DNA from: Antedon mediterranea | Taxonomy: Eukaryota > Animalia > Echinodermata | Reading direction: 5' to 3' | DNA: 64,000 nucleotides | NCBI RefSeq assembly: GCF_964355755.1 | Contig: NC_092674.1 | Coordinates: 9,796,001-9,860,000, forward strand | Shown here: positions 13,082-26,272 of the stretch, one piece after another | Position numbering within the stretch: the stretch's first letter is position 1 | Layout: every line of letters starts with the position of its first letter | Program-made: the position numbers and the translations under genes | The notes under the pieces: model-generated | The model's database searches: none | What the model was told of the DNA's origin: nothing | What the model saw: the letters and a program-made list of their open reading frames with translations, nothing else

Positions 13082-14670
13082 TACAATCAGTAGTTAGGTG
13101 GTTAACCTAATGTGACTGGTGACTCCCTAGAAGGTGAAAAAAGATGGTGGATATGCGGTGGATAATTTTTGCTATAGCATGAAAATAAAAATCTGAAAGT
13201 TGAATAAAAATACCATAAATGTAATATTCAAGTTATAATTAGCTATATTTAGTCATCTGATAACATTTTTTACCACACTGTTTAGTTTTCATAGCTTTTT
13301 AAAATGCCTCTCTATTTACAAAATTTGTGTACAAAAGAATAGAGATTTTACTGTGTAATTTGAACTATCCCCCCCCCCCCCCACTGATAAGAAAGTGCTT
13401 ATTTTCAACAAGCTTGTGTAACACAAATAAAATCCCAAAAATTATGAAACATAGGGGAAATTATAGATCGATAATTATTGGAATGTATGATCAATAGAAA
13501 TTTTTTGCCCGCACCTGGCCTTTAAGGGACGTGGAACTGATCGTGTCGCAGCCACAAATAAACTCATTGATCTCCGGAGCTCAGCATCATGTTGTTAGAT
13601 TGCCTTTAGTAATAGGCCTATGCATGTGTCGCAGTCAATCATAAGAAGATCAAAGGACTGTTACAAGTTCATATCTTGGAAAGGTGACTCAGCATCCTGT
13701 TGTTAAATTGTCTTGACAGTGGAAAATGGCATTGAATAGAGAGAGCGTCATGTCTCACAACGATGATGATATGAAACGCGTTTTGCGTTTTTGCTTGATT
13801 ATTACATAACAGCCAACAAATAAAGTTGTGTGTTTCATTACATTTATTGTGCTTTAAGACAACATAAAGATGCACACAATAATGTGGCCATGAATTTAAC
13901 TTCGTCATCAATCTAGATTGAGAGTTTCAGATGAAATCTCTACCACTATGTTTTTATGACGTTTCATCCTCTTAACAAACATAACATGTAATAACATGCG
14001 ATAACAATAATAATAGACAACATCTAGACAAGGAGCATCTTCCGTACTCCCATCCCCTATACTGTATATTATACACATGTATATATATTTTTAATCTTAC
14101 ACATCTTAGCCTATATACACATTTGTTGAATTCTGAATGTTTTTGATTGAGCATGCCATTTTATACCCCTCTCGGCACCTGCTGTTTGTAGCCCTCATTA
14201 TTTATTTTTAATCCGCCTATATTTAGTTAACATACAATATCTATTTAAGAGTAGGCCTATGTTTTTGATAGTATACCTATAGTGTAATAACAAAGACTTA
14301 AAAGGTCGAGCTAAAGATCTTGCTATATAGAGTTAGAGTTATTAGTAGCCTAATGATAATTATGTACTCCCTTAACATTCAATATTTGTATCTCTTCTGT
14401 AGCCTACTTTATTTCCTTAGTATATAAACGGAGCTTAGTCAGTTAAGTGGCTCAATGGTATAGACTTTAGGCAAGTAGCCCCAGGTTCGTAATCCATCAG
14501 CATTTGGTATGTTTTGTTACTAGTTGAGAGTGTTATGTTCAGTTACATTTAGGAAATAGTTCGGTAATCTTGTACAGTATTAATTTAACATTGTTCGTGA
14601 TTTCTACCTCAAACGTCCAGAAAACAGTCGCTTCCGGGAAACGAAGCCAAAAACAGTAGACACATCGAGT

Positions 14671-17600
14671 TTATGTTTTCATGTTGGTATTTTGGAAAGT
14701 CCGGAACATGTAGTCCAAAAATTCAAAAACCGATAGAATACTTATGCCCAGAAATATTCCCATTGAACCGCCGATGTCCGCTGATAAAATAAAATGTTTG
14801 AAACTTTTTGAAATTAAAATCATAATACAATGTAGACTAGAGAACAGATTATAATACGGGTCAACATTAATTCGTCACTTGTTGACAAATTTGAAACTTG
14901 TTAGTTTTTGCCTATTTCTACAGAATTCTTTCTGTTGGGTAATTTCACAAACGAGCCAAGCTGTAGCAGCTTACTGTCGGGTTTAACAATACACATTCCA
15001 AAACTTGATTGCGGACACGCAATAAATGAAGCTAATAAACTAAATTTGTTAGAGGATGAAGATCTTGATGAATATTTATTTCTTGTACAAATGTATGTGA
15101 AACATACCACTGATGTATACGGATAAACCAATGTTAAACTTACCTAAAAGATCGTACCATTTGTACGCCGCATTTTGTGTTGTTTCGGTGAATTTTAGAT
15201 CTTCGAAATATATTACTAGTTCTAGAATGTTTTTTCTGAAAATGCAAAAATTCAAATCGGTTGAGAAATGGTTGATAAGGGCACTATACTATGAGCTCGC
15301 CTTGCCAACAAGATACGGTATAAACTTGTAGCAGTCGTTTGATCTTATGTCTGGCTGCGACAAATACAGTATTGTACTATGACATATTATTCGGTGTCTG
15401 ATTTACATTTACATTTTTACCTTCTATTATGTTGTATGTTACAGGGGTTGCGGACACAAATGTGTTATGGCGCTCCGTTGCTGTCGCAACCCCTGGACCG
15501 CTTGTTGTCGAATAAAGAAATGAACATGAAATGAAAATGATAAGGGAGGTGTAACTGATGTTTCGCAGCCACAGATACCCTTTGATCTTCAGAGCTCAGC
15601 ATTCTGTTGTTAGATTGCCTTGTCTGCAAGCTATTTATATACAAACTAACCAAATTTATCACCTACGATTAACAAACTTGGTTAGTAAACCAGTCTAAAA
15701 ATGCTAATAACTTTAATAGTAAAACAATCATTCACTTTGCATAATCTTTGTCAGTCACATTGTCTCGATGTTGGATGTTCTTATTGTAGGCCGGTGCCGG
15801 AAAGAGATTTGATGATACTCTAGGCACGAACAGTACTCTGTGGCACGGTACTGGACAGGAGCAATGGCGATCAACCTGTTGGACATATTGATCTGTGAAT
15901 TAAAAAATAAACATTCCTAATTCTTTGTTATTATGTAGTGAGAATTTGAAATGCTTGAGAGTTGGTAAAGTTCCCTATAGATTTCTTGGAAAAGTTCAGA
16001 GATCTTTATTTTTCTTTGCAACGCTCAGATCCTTTTTTGTCCAGAAGCTTTCTGTGTGATGTGATTCAATACTTGTTGTTTAGGTCTAATAGTTTAAGCG
16101 AGTGATAATGTAACATTGGATGGTTTACGTTGATACATACCCATTGTAGGTCCTGAACAAAAGAATTGTTGAGATGGTGAACACACAGGAAAGTCACCTA
16201 CGACAAATAAAAAAGATAGACATTAAATTGCTAGGCATATACATTAAGTATCTATTTTAAGATTTTAATTTTACTCTTCCTTGACAATATTTTCTCTGTC
16301 ACTCGTCGGGGTATTTTAATACATTCAGATAAACGGCTCCTTTTTGGCATTCAACGATTGCTCACGTGACACGTGCGACATGTTCATATTCTAAATTCTC
16401 TCATTTAAATATCGTACGTCGTATTGACTATTATCGACAAACGGATGGCAGGCCTACCCATTGCGACCAAAACGAAGACTTATTTACGGAATCATACCGT
16501 CAAGTTTGTGAGTTTTATATTTTTGACTACCCGATAAAAACGTTTATTTACAGCTAAATTCGCCATTTTTGTCTTACCTGGCATAAATGCGTTTTTGCAG
16601 TTGCACTGGTTGATGACGTAAGATGTTTGACAATCCAGATAGCATCCCATTATGGAATAAGGCGTCACGTGTTCCAGTTTTCGAGTACCACAGTCTCCAA
16701 ACGGTTCTTCAAGATTATAAATCTGTAAAGAGGCAACACAAAGTATGCATAGTGAAGTTGATTATATTTTCTATTGGTATGGTATTATAGTACGATAAAC
16801 TTGAAGCCAAGACCCTCAGTATATTTGATTTTGTTTGTTTGTTCTTGTGGTTCTTTCTGTTTGTCTTTTTGAATTGCGAAATATTAAATGTTAAAATACC
16901 GGTTTCCAAGTATTCGAACAGCCAGTTAATAACTGAAGTATATTCTACATAATCATTAACTCACCAAACCCTATACGGTACCGTGTCCACTATCCTATGT
17001 CAAAAAGTGCTATCATGTGCAAATCATGGGAGAAGGTTTAAACATTGTGTTTTATGAATAATTGAACCCGGCCGTATTGTCAATTTGTTTAGTTTTAGTA
17101 TTTTGTTAACACGTTGAAAACAAAAGGTCATATCTCCGCAACGCTTAGATTAAATGAAATACTAAGATGCATATTAATAGTCGTTCTACTACCTTGGAGA
17201 CATGAACCTCGGCTACATTGTGGGTACCAGGTCCTACTACAAATCCTAGATCGTTAGCGAGTCCTCTTGGAATATCTAGTTGGTGATGTAGCAACACCTT
17301 GAAGCCAACCGAAGTATGTGGACCCGCCATGTACTCGTATATTTCCACGTCAAGCTCAAGACGTAAGCCAAATCTTGCACCTATGAATGATACCAAATTA
17401 ATTTCCACGTAGAATCACTATGACCAGTTTTTCTCTAACCTTTTTTGAGACAATTTCCAAGATGACGATATTCCGTTAAACACCTCAAATCTTCCCATTT
17501 TAACACTCGTTAGTAACGCATTTATATATTTTCCAATCATACTTAATGGTGCCGATATGTGGACTTTTTTTAAAGCGCATGATAAATGAAAACTGAACGC

Positions 17601-20600
17601 ATTTGAGATGATGCATTGCTGCGCCGGTAGCATGGACAGAGACAAGATAAGAAATACATGACAGATAACCTATGCAGCAATAAATATCGAAGAAAGTCTG
17701 ACAACCAACATTTTCAAACGATAACTAACATGGTATGGTCATGATATTATGTCAGAATGGGAAGTGAGAGAATCTCAAGTTTTTAATGGAAAATATAGGC
17801 TGGTGGGGAAAATAAAAGAAGAATGTCTCGTTCCCGATCGGAAGATGATATCGTAAGACAATGCTATTCCTTCAAGAATGGCCATAGAATGGTCAGTGTA
17901 CATCGATACAATTTGCTTCTGGAGTCAACGTCCAATTTGATAAAGAAGAAGACGCCTATCTCAGCTCTCATTAGCTATATTATTACACACTCTAGCTATC
18001 GTAGTTATATCACTAGCATTTTAGTCGGTTGTACAGTATGGGATATCTTTTTGATAGCTACGCAGGCTTAACTCTAGTGCGCGTGAACTAGTTAACTAAT
18101 AGATATAATTCTAGCCATTTAGTTGGAATACAAACCTTTATTGTAAACAACTGTTGCTGGAGAATGTTCACCAGAGTTGAAAGTGTGACAGAGACCAAAA
18201 TCGGTAAGAGAGGAGTCGAAGTCTTCGGGACTGCATGGCCTACCTTGCCACTCGCACCTGATTAATAAAGTGATTTAAATTTTTTTTTTTTCTGTAAAGT
18301 TGATCGTTTTTTAAATAAAAATGTCAATGTTGTAAATGTATAGAGGGGGCAGCCATAGGCCTAGTTAATATACTGACAATGCATATTCAACCTATACAAT
18401 CCTCTGTCGCTACTCAATGCATATTCAACCTTACTATACTCTGTCGCTTAGTTCAAATGAATGTAGGCCTGATTGTTTATATTGAATTCCTTTTAAATTT
18501 TTCAATAGTTAAAACGACCAATTACATTTTTTAAAGTGAATAATTTTGATTGAACGACAGGAATGAGTAATAATTATGTAAAGTAATATTTTATTTCGTA
18601 ACTCATTTTAAGCTTAATTTAATAACAGGCCTACTGTTAGTAAGTTGATAAAGTATTGAAGGACGTGAAATAATGATAATCTTTGGATTTGAATTATAAT
18701 TGATTTCGCTACTCTAGGCTATACATATTAGATTTAAAAATGTTAACATTGAGCTAATTATTTTATAGAAGGGTGTTAAAGCGAGTTAACCATTGACAAG
18801 AGACAGTTCGAATAATCCATCGCTTCTGATTAGTCAAATCATTACGTTACTATTAAGTTTTTGTGCTGACGGCAACAGGCCCGTACCATAGCATCTAACA
18901 ACTAGGCCTAAATATTAGCTAACCTAAAACCCTCTAATTAATAATCTCTAACTCTATAGTATTTCATATGGAATGAAGGTTCGTGCCCGGATTTCATTGG
19001 GCAGGTGACGGTCGGATAAAAAATCGTACGTACGCAAGCGACATAATAGTGTTTGAGGATGAACAAAATCGAAAATAGTAACGTGCCCGGAATCTTCTCC
19101 AGCTTCCGGACCGAATCGTGGCGCACTATGAATATGTAGCTTCTGTTAGGCCTATAGCAGACAACTATCCTATTTGTTGTGAACAATGTGACAAAAAAGT
19201 TGTTGTATAGTTTTGGCTGGATCATGAAAGGGGTCCCTCTGATTTCCATTGAAACCTATAAGCGGCGTGTATACAGTATATATAGGCCTATCAGAATAAA
19301 TAGAAAAATGTTGGTGTTTTCAATAATTTGAAATGTTGGTTTAAACATATTGAACCTACAGTTTAATCATATCGTGTTTCTGATGACCAGCTTGATAGTA
19401 AAACTCAGACATATTTAGATGATCAATTGTTTCAAAATTGAAATCATTTGATTTAGCATTATTGTGACCATTTTCAGTCGGATATAACTTGTCGATGTAG
19501 TCCTCATAGTCTTTACCCAGATTGGTAATGTAACTTTTTCTGAAAAAGTAGAAAAAAGAGAGGATTAGGCCTACAGTTCTTTCTGCTAGGATGTGTGACC
19601 ATTATCTTATTGTCTGTCTGTGTCTATGCAGACAACTGAGCAAGTTCAATCCATTTCAGCTTCTGTTCCATTAAATTTTCGTTGCCGCTAACAACAATTG
19701 CTAAATTCGTTCTCTACACAATCCACGAGAAGACACCTTGATTCATCACACAACAATCGGCAGTTTCAACATTGCCGATTTTCTGGAATGAATCGTAAAT
19801 GTACTGGCCAAAATAACACACTGATTTTTTTTAGACGTCACTGGCATACTGATGGATGAATGTTTGACCGTTTAAAATATTAATTATCTTGATGGCTACA
19901 AAACAGATTTGTGTCCCTCATTATCAGAGTATTTTGTTGTTTTTAACAAAAACGTAAATTAAGTTAAAAGTTTTAAAATGGATGAATTAGCTTACAAGTC
20001 GTAGTTGAATTCAAATATTAAAGATGTGTTGTCAACCAAAAACACAATGAAGATTAATCATTGATCAATCAATTCAAAAAGACTTTGAATAGGCTATTTT
20101 GCAGTTGTAATAATGTTAATCACTTCGTAGAAAAAAAAATGTTTTCACTTATAAAAAGACAAAATAAGCGTTTAAATTGAATCAAAAATCCATCGACTTC
20201 CAGTCAATTTGACTATTTTTTTGCGTTAAATTGCAGGTAAATAATATTTTTTCGATCCAAATATTGGTCAAAGTGACATTAAAATGGAATTTAAAAAAAC
20301 CTTGAACAAAATTATTTTTTCATCTTTAAGATTTGGGATAAAAACCTTTCAAAAACCATACTCAACCAACCTGAACATATTAAAGTTACAAATCGTCACT
20401 GCTGGAAACTGAAGACTAGGCTCATAGACAACCTTAACGACGGAGTGTATTGGTCGTGACATTAGAAGCTTTATTCCAGCTGTAAGTTGAATACTTAGCA
20501 TGACTAGGCCAAAAATAAGTAACAGGATCCAACAAAACCTAAAAGACACAAGATATACAAGTATACTTTTATTGTCAAAATTTTAAAATTTTGAGATTAT

Positions 20601-22863
20601 GTTTTGTATCTTTAAATAATAACAATGCTAACTTTTCTGGCTGTTTTACTTAATCGTTTTGATTTAGCTTTTCGTTTTTTGTGTATCTCCATTGAGATCC
20701 AGCCACTGCACAGCATTGTCATTATTTTCAGTGATTTGCCTTGGATTTAAATAATAACAAAGAGTGATAAATATTTAAATAAATGAATACAAGTTACTAT
20801 CTTTTAAAGTTTTGATGAAATATATTGCATGCCATACAGTTTTGAAAATCTGAAACGGTTTGTCAAAATTGTTTTCTGTGTCAGTCTAGCCCTTCCTGAT
20901 CTGCTAACAATAATATCTGATATCAGGATATAGTGTAATTGTCTATATGTTTTACATACATTTACAATGTGTACATAATATTGATATTGATTGATATTAT
21001 TAATGGGAAACAGTTAGCTATAAAAATTATTAATCTTCGTTATATTGATATAAAACCAGGCTAAGTCGAGAAAGCACCAGAAAAAATTTTCAATTTCACA
21101 TAAACCATGGAGAAATCTCCATGCATAAACCAACAATTAAAGATGTATTGTACCCCTAAAACATGAAAAATGAAGATAAATTAAATCAGACTTTAAATAG
21201 CTTATTTTGTAGTTTTGATAAATTTAATCTCATTCGTTTAAAAAAAAAATGTTTTCTCATATAAAATGACAAATTAAACCAAAAACCCATTGACTGACAG
21301 CCATTTTACTATTTTTGCTTTAAATTGATTAATTAATTTTTTTCAGGTAATTAATAGTAATTACAAAGGCATTATTGATCACACTCTGCTGTGAGTCCCT
21401 CGTCAATAAAATATCGAAGTTTAAATTTATATTTTTCAAGATTCGAGTTGCCGGCCGAATTTGTTGACAATTTCCAGTCACATCTATATAGTATTCAGTT
21501 CAGTTCAAGTAATATTTATTTCACATAAATTTGTACATATATTATAACAATTCATTTAATAATGGTGAAATAGGCACTCTGCTAATAAGCAAGCTTTTAC
21601 ATGCAGAGCCCTTACATAAAAACAATGAAAAATAAAACAAAACAAAAAGTCAGAACTACAAAAATGAGCAATTAATTTTTAGGAACAATAGGATTGATAA
21701 AGATTTTACGTAATTTTACCGACGAAATAATGCAGTCAGTGAGCAATATTATTACAAATTTGACACCGAACCATTTCATTTTATAACCAACCATGTACTT
21801 CTTATTTAATTTATATTTGAAGGAGTAGATAGTTGTACAGTCCTTTATCGCATCCGATAATCTATTCCACACCATTGAACCCTGTAAGAAAAACATTTTT
21901 GTCCAACGTTTGCGATCAATAACAAGTTTGGGTTTATTTCTTGTATTATATAGCTATGGTAGGATTCAAACGTATGAAACAAGTCATCGTGTTTCATTAG
22001 ATAGAGAGCGATCATTACTGTAGTGCAGACAACGTGTGTTGTTTACTAACAACTGATGAGATAGGGTCATTTATAATTACAATTATTACAAAGAGCTTTG
22101 TAATTAAACGCCTGTTCATTAATCAAGGTAACCAAACAATAATCAATATGATTTTCTCAACAATTTTGTTTTTTTCTGAAAATAAACTAGAGTTTTAGAC
22201 ACATTGGATATTTGATTAACAATAACTCCGTTACATTAACTTTGTATTGGTAACTTAAGTAAAGTACATACAAAACTATTAATAAGTACAATCTCCTCGA
22301 GTCTTATCGGATAAGATTCGAGATTATTTATTCGTTCATTGACAATTGGCAATTATACATATAAAATACATTAAATCATCACCAAACAAAAATTACGTGA
22401 TTCAAATAAAAAGTATTCTTAAAAAATGTTAAATACTTTATAAAAATGTTAAAACTTTAAAATACTACTACGTGTGTACTCGTGTATTGTTAAAGTAAAG
22501 ATAGATAAACCGCCATTTATCAGATAAAATGTATATGAATATAAAAAATACGAATCCAACTCACCGTCTCGAATTCTTCGACTTACTGTCTGCAATGTAA
22601 CTCAGGCCAACCACACTGCTTCTCTCGCCGTAAGCCTTCAACGCTAACAGCAACGAGTTTCTGTATTTCGCCTCCGCGGTTATATTATTGGCAACTTGTG
22701 CCATGGACATCTTTTGGCCAACAGACTTCTTAGGCTCATACACCGGTGGTAGAACTACGCCCGGTGGTAGATATTCGTCTGGGATGTATGCTTCATTGCA
22801 TGTCCCTGTCGGATGCTTTAGATTGACGATCTGGTCTTTAAAGCGTTCCACGGTGGTATACAT
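14671..22863 (-). CDS. DEG/ENaC-superfamily (ASIC-like) ion channel subunit, 10 coding exons, about 505 aa
   Basis: Exons 22863-22565, 20538-20371, 19539-19360, 18257-18136, 17380-17193, 16722-16578, 16197-16141, 15892-15736, 15235-15144, 14780-14671 join in frame (1518 nt). Contains TM1, FPAVTICNFN, FGLCHTFN, GLRLELDV, a Cys-rich thumb (CSCPVPC) and TM2 LLADIGGSMGIFLGISILSVFEF. Confidence 0.93.
17480..17915 (+). mobile_element. Highly decayed RTE-like LINE fragment in a channel-gene intron
   Basis: Broken frames read LNGADMWT...KLNAFEM...LTWYGH...DDI, matching the RTE ORF C-terminal motif series. Confidence 0.5.
21493..21950 (-). mobile_element. CR1-group (L2/Crack-like) LINE 3' end
   Basis: Minus-strand peptide FLQGSMVWNRLSDAIKDCTTIYSFKYKLNKKYMVGY, then a 3' UTR, AATAAA and a (TGAAC)n tail. 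Confidence 0.6.
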
Positions 22864-23244
22864 CTTTACAGCTTGTGGAAAATATAAACGGGATTAATAT
22901 TATTAGTAGATTTGTTAAGCGCACATATCAACCAAATTGTTCAAGGCGCTTGTGGAAAACCAAAGGAAACTAATCTGAAACTAAAGAAAAACTACCAAAA
23001 CCCGCATAAAACCTGCATTCCGTTTACTAGCAATTGACAAAACAATGACTTGCGTATTTTGGAATTGGTTTGGAACAGATTGAGATAATGTGATGATATT
23101 GGTTTCTACCAATATTTCAAGACAACTCGGATCATATTCGTATTGATATGAAATCGATAAAGCCATAACCGAACTATCACAATAAGCAACAAAACGCTGT
23201 CAAGATTAATCAGTTCCTCTACACAACACTAATGGGTTCTATCG

Positions 23245-24100
23245 ATTGTTCAAAACACAAAACCCCAGTTTTGTCTTATGTTAAGTTGATACAAACATAA
23301 TAAGTATAGATTTATTATAAGTATTATAAACTCATGTAGGCCTACATTGTTTGTATATTCCTCATGTTTTTATCATTGCATGCTTCTTTAAAGACGATCT
23401 TTTATTCAATAGTAATTATACAATGGGTTATATCGCTTGTTCAAAACACAAAACCCCAGTTTTGTCTTATGTTAAGTTGATACAAACATACATAATAATA
23501 ATAACAGTAATAAGTATAGATTTATTATAAGTAGTATAAACTCATTACATTGTTTGTATAGTCATCATGTTTTTATCATTGCATGCTTTTTTAAAGATGC
23601 TCTTTCATTCAATAGTTTTCAACTACTTGATGTTATCATTTTTTAATTCATTATAATAATATAATAAATATACGATTCAAAATGCAAATTTATTTGACGT
23701 TATTTTTATTAAGTTAATAGGCCTACGAATAATATACTTTTCGTATAAGTAACCATAGGTTAAATTTAATATTTCCTGGAAATAAATAAATAAGTTATTT
23801 GACGTTTTTAAGTAATAGTTAAAGTTAAGTTAGATTTAAACCGGTTTATTATACAAAAAGTTACACAATGCAGTATTTCATACATTTTTTATACGTATAA
23901 TCGATTTGTTTTCCTAAATAAATCATTTGCAATTAAGTAACAGGAACTTAGTATTTCCTGGAAATCAATAAATACATTATTTGACGCTTTTAAGCAATAG
24001 TTAAAGTTAAGTTAGATTTGAACAGGTTCATTATACAGAAACACAATTTCTTATACGTATAATCGATTTTTACCTAAATAAATTATTAGCACTTAAGTAA
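23245..24100. repeat. Two local imperfect tandem duplications
   Basis: About 23245-23410 is repeated at about 23437-23615, and about 23770-23940 is repeated at about 23950-24100. Confidence 0.8.
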
Positions 24101-25192
24101 CAGATTGAACTAGGTTGCAACCAAACGATTAAACTACATGCGTCTACACTTCGACAAAAAAAAGTGTAATGTGGCCAAATATGGTAGTGATAAACCCAAA
24201 TATGGTAGTGATAAACCCAAATATGGTTGTGATATGACATCATAATGTCCATATATGGGTACATCACATTTTTTTGTCACATAAAGCTTTTAACTACTTT
24301 CTACAATACATTCTAGTATTTTTTTACTCATAATATTGAAATAAAAAGTGTAGTTTATAGTAGGCTTACTTTATAAAGATTAATTGAATTTATGTTTAAA
24401 CGTCCTACAAAATGACAATTGATTTCATTCTAGAAAAGATTAACGTCGCTTCTGTGACTTCATAATCAATGTATTACTGATGATACATTTCTGTACGGCA
24501 TTACATTTGAAGAAAACACCTACCTCTAGGCCTAGATATTGGATGGATAACGTCTGCAATGATGTCGCTCTTCGTTTGGCGTCTTGCTATCATCGACTGA
24601 AGAGCCAAACGTTTGATGACAAATATTTCAGGTTTGATTAGTTAAATGTATCTAGGGAAAGACTTGATTAATAGACCTACACATTTATCAATATGCTTTG
24701 TTTAGTGTCTGACCTCCGTTGAAATTTGAAAGCAATTACTTTATAATGGCACACTATCTTATTATAAGAAGCCCCTAGTTATATTAATATTAGTGGCTTT
24801 TAATTTAATAAAAGAGTAGGTTTCTAATGTTCAAGGTAAGCAATAGGCCTATATTACTGTTATTTTTTAATCCGTTTCACTAACTATAAATTTATAACGA
24901 CTTTGTCATTGATTTACTAAAGCTTGGTTTTCACTGGAAGCGAGTTGAACAATAAGCAAAATTTCTGAGAATTTATCGCTTGTGATTGGTCAAATTACTT
25001 ACGTTGCGCTTACATTATTGCGTTGCGTCCTGGATGGGAATCAAACCTTAACTATAATTTAGTGAAAACAAAAATAATAATAATAATAATAATTTACCTG
25101 TAATCTTGAGTGAATACACTGTTATTTATCTTGATTAATTAATTCTATATAATTCATAACCCAACAATAATTAATAAAGTCATTTTTATGTA

Positions 25193-25744
25193 TTTTTACT
25201 CGGGGTACCCGAGTCTAGGACTTACTCATTTTCTCCTCTTCTTCCTCCATCTGGACACTATTGAGTAAAAAGTGCGATTTTTAAAGTACTACTCCTCCCT
25301 TATTCGTTGTAGTATTGAGCTGGGATTTGGCATGAACATACTACAGGGACATGTCCTCAAAGCTATAGAGCCGGATTTTTAATTTTTTGTTAATTAATTT
25401 GTTTAATTAAGAAGCCACAATGTGTGACACACACCACAGCGTTATGTAGTTATATGGTTATATGCGGATTCTTGGCGTAGTGGTTATCACGTTTGCTTAA
25501 CACGCAGAAGGTACCTGGTTCGATCCCGGACGAAACCTTTTTTTTAAACTTTATGGTGAAAAGTAATGTATACGCAATATGATAATTATACAGAGTATAT
25601 CTTATTTTTATTATTTTTTAAAATACTTATTTTGTGTAATCGGTCGGCGAAACCTATTTTTCTTTAACTTGCTAACTGTATACGTCTGTATACAGCTTCT
25701 TTCGCTGTACCCCGAGTAGGCCTATTGCACATTCGTGCTTGTTT
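25193..25744 (+). mobile_element. DINE-1-like Helentron-associated non-autonomous element (HINE) containing a tRNA-Val copy
   Basis: T-run, subterminal IR actcggggtac (25198-25208) followed by the short inverted ccgagt, matching gtaccccgagt (25707-25717), 3' hairpin gcacattcgtgc, then ttgttt. No TSD. Confidence 0.7.
25466..25537 (+). tRNA. tRNA-Val(AAC)-derived sequence, probably a pseudo-tRNA
   Basis: ggattcttggcgtagtggttatcacgtttgcttAACacgcagaaggtacctggttcgatcccggacgaaacc followed by a T8 terminator. A and B boxes and the anticodon arm are recognisable; the acceptor stem has 2 mismatches. Confidence 0.75.
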
Positions 25745-26272
25745 GAAAATGTATTTAGATTACGTAATGTCTACCTTGTATCTCATCATGGAAAGGAAAA
25801 TTAAGTGTTTAACGACAACAAAAATAAGTTGAGCATTATCATAACGCGGGTTGCTCTATGAATAAAATCAATATAATGTCATATTAATGACGGAAGTTAT
25901 AACAAATAAACAACAATAGCGCAAATTCAATATAAGTAATGAGAAATGTCAATTTCAAATGTGTTATAATTTGACAATAAAGTTATCTTATATCTTAAAA
26001 TCCTGTTAAATTTAGGAGGTGCTTAAGCTCTGCCTGAACTTTTGATTGTATAGACAAATCTTAAGATAAGAAAGCGCGCATAATCACCATAGCAATAACG
26101 CGTACTGCGCCCGCGTAAATAATGCATTGTGACGTTTATTCGATATCTATGGTAGCGTAGAACAAACAGATGCCATTTTCTGTTTTATATTTCTCACAGA
26201 AGGTTTCTTTCAAAAAACGCTCTTAAATTTTTTGAAAAATATCGATACATTTTTAATATCATACTAAGAACT

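Noticed and set aside
14445-14495. tRNA-like A and B boxes
   Set aside because: Too degenerate to fold; at most a decayed SINE head.
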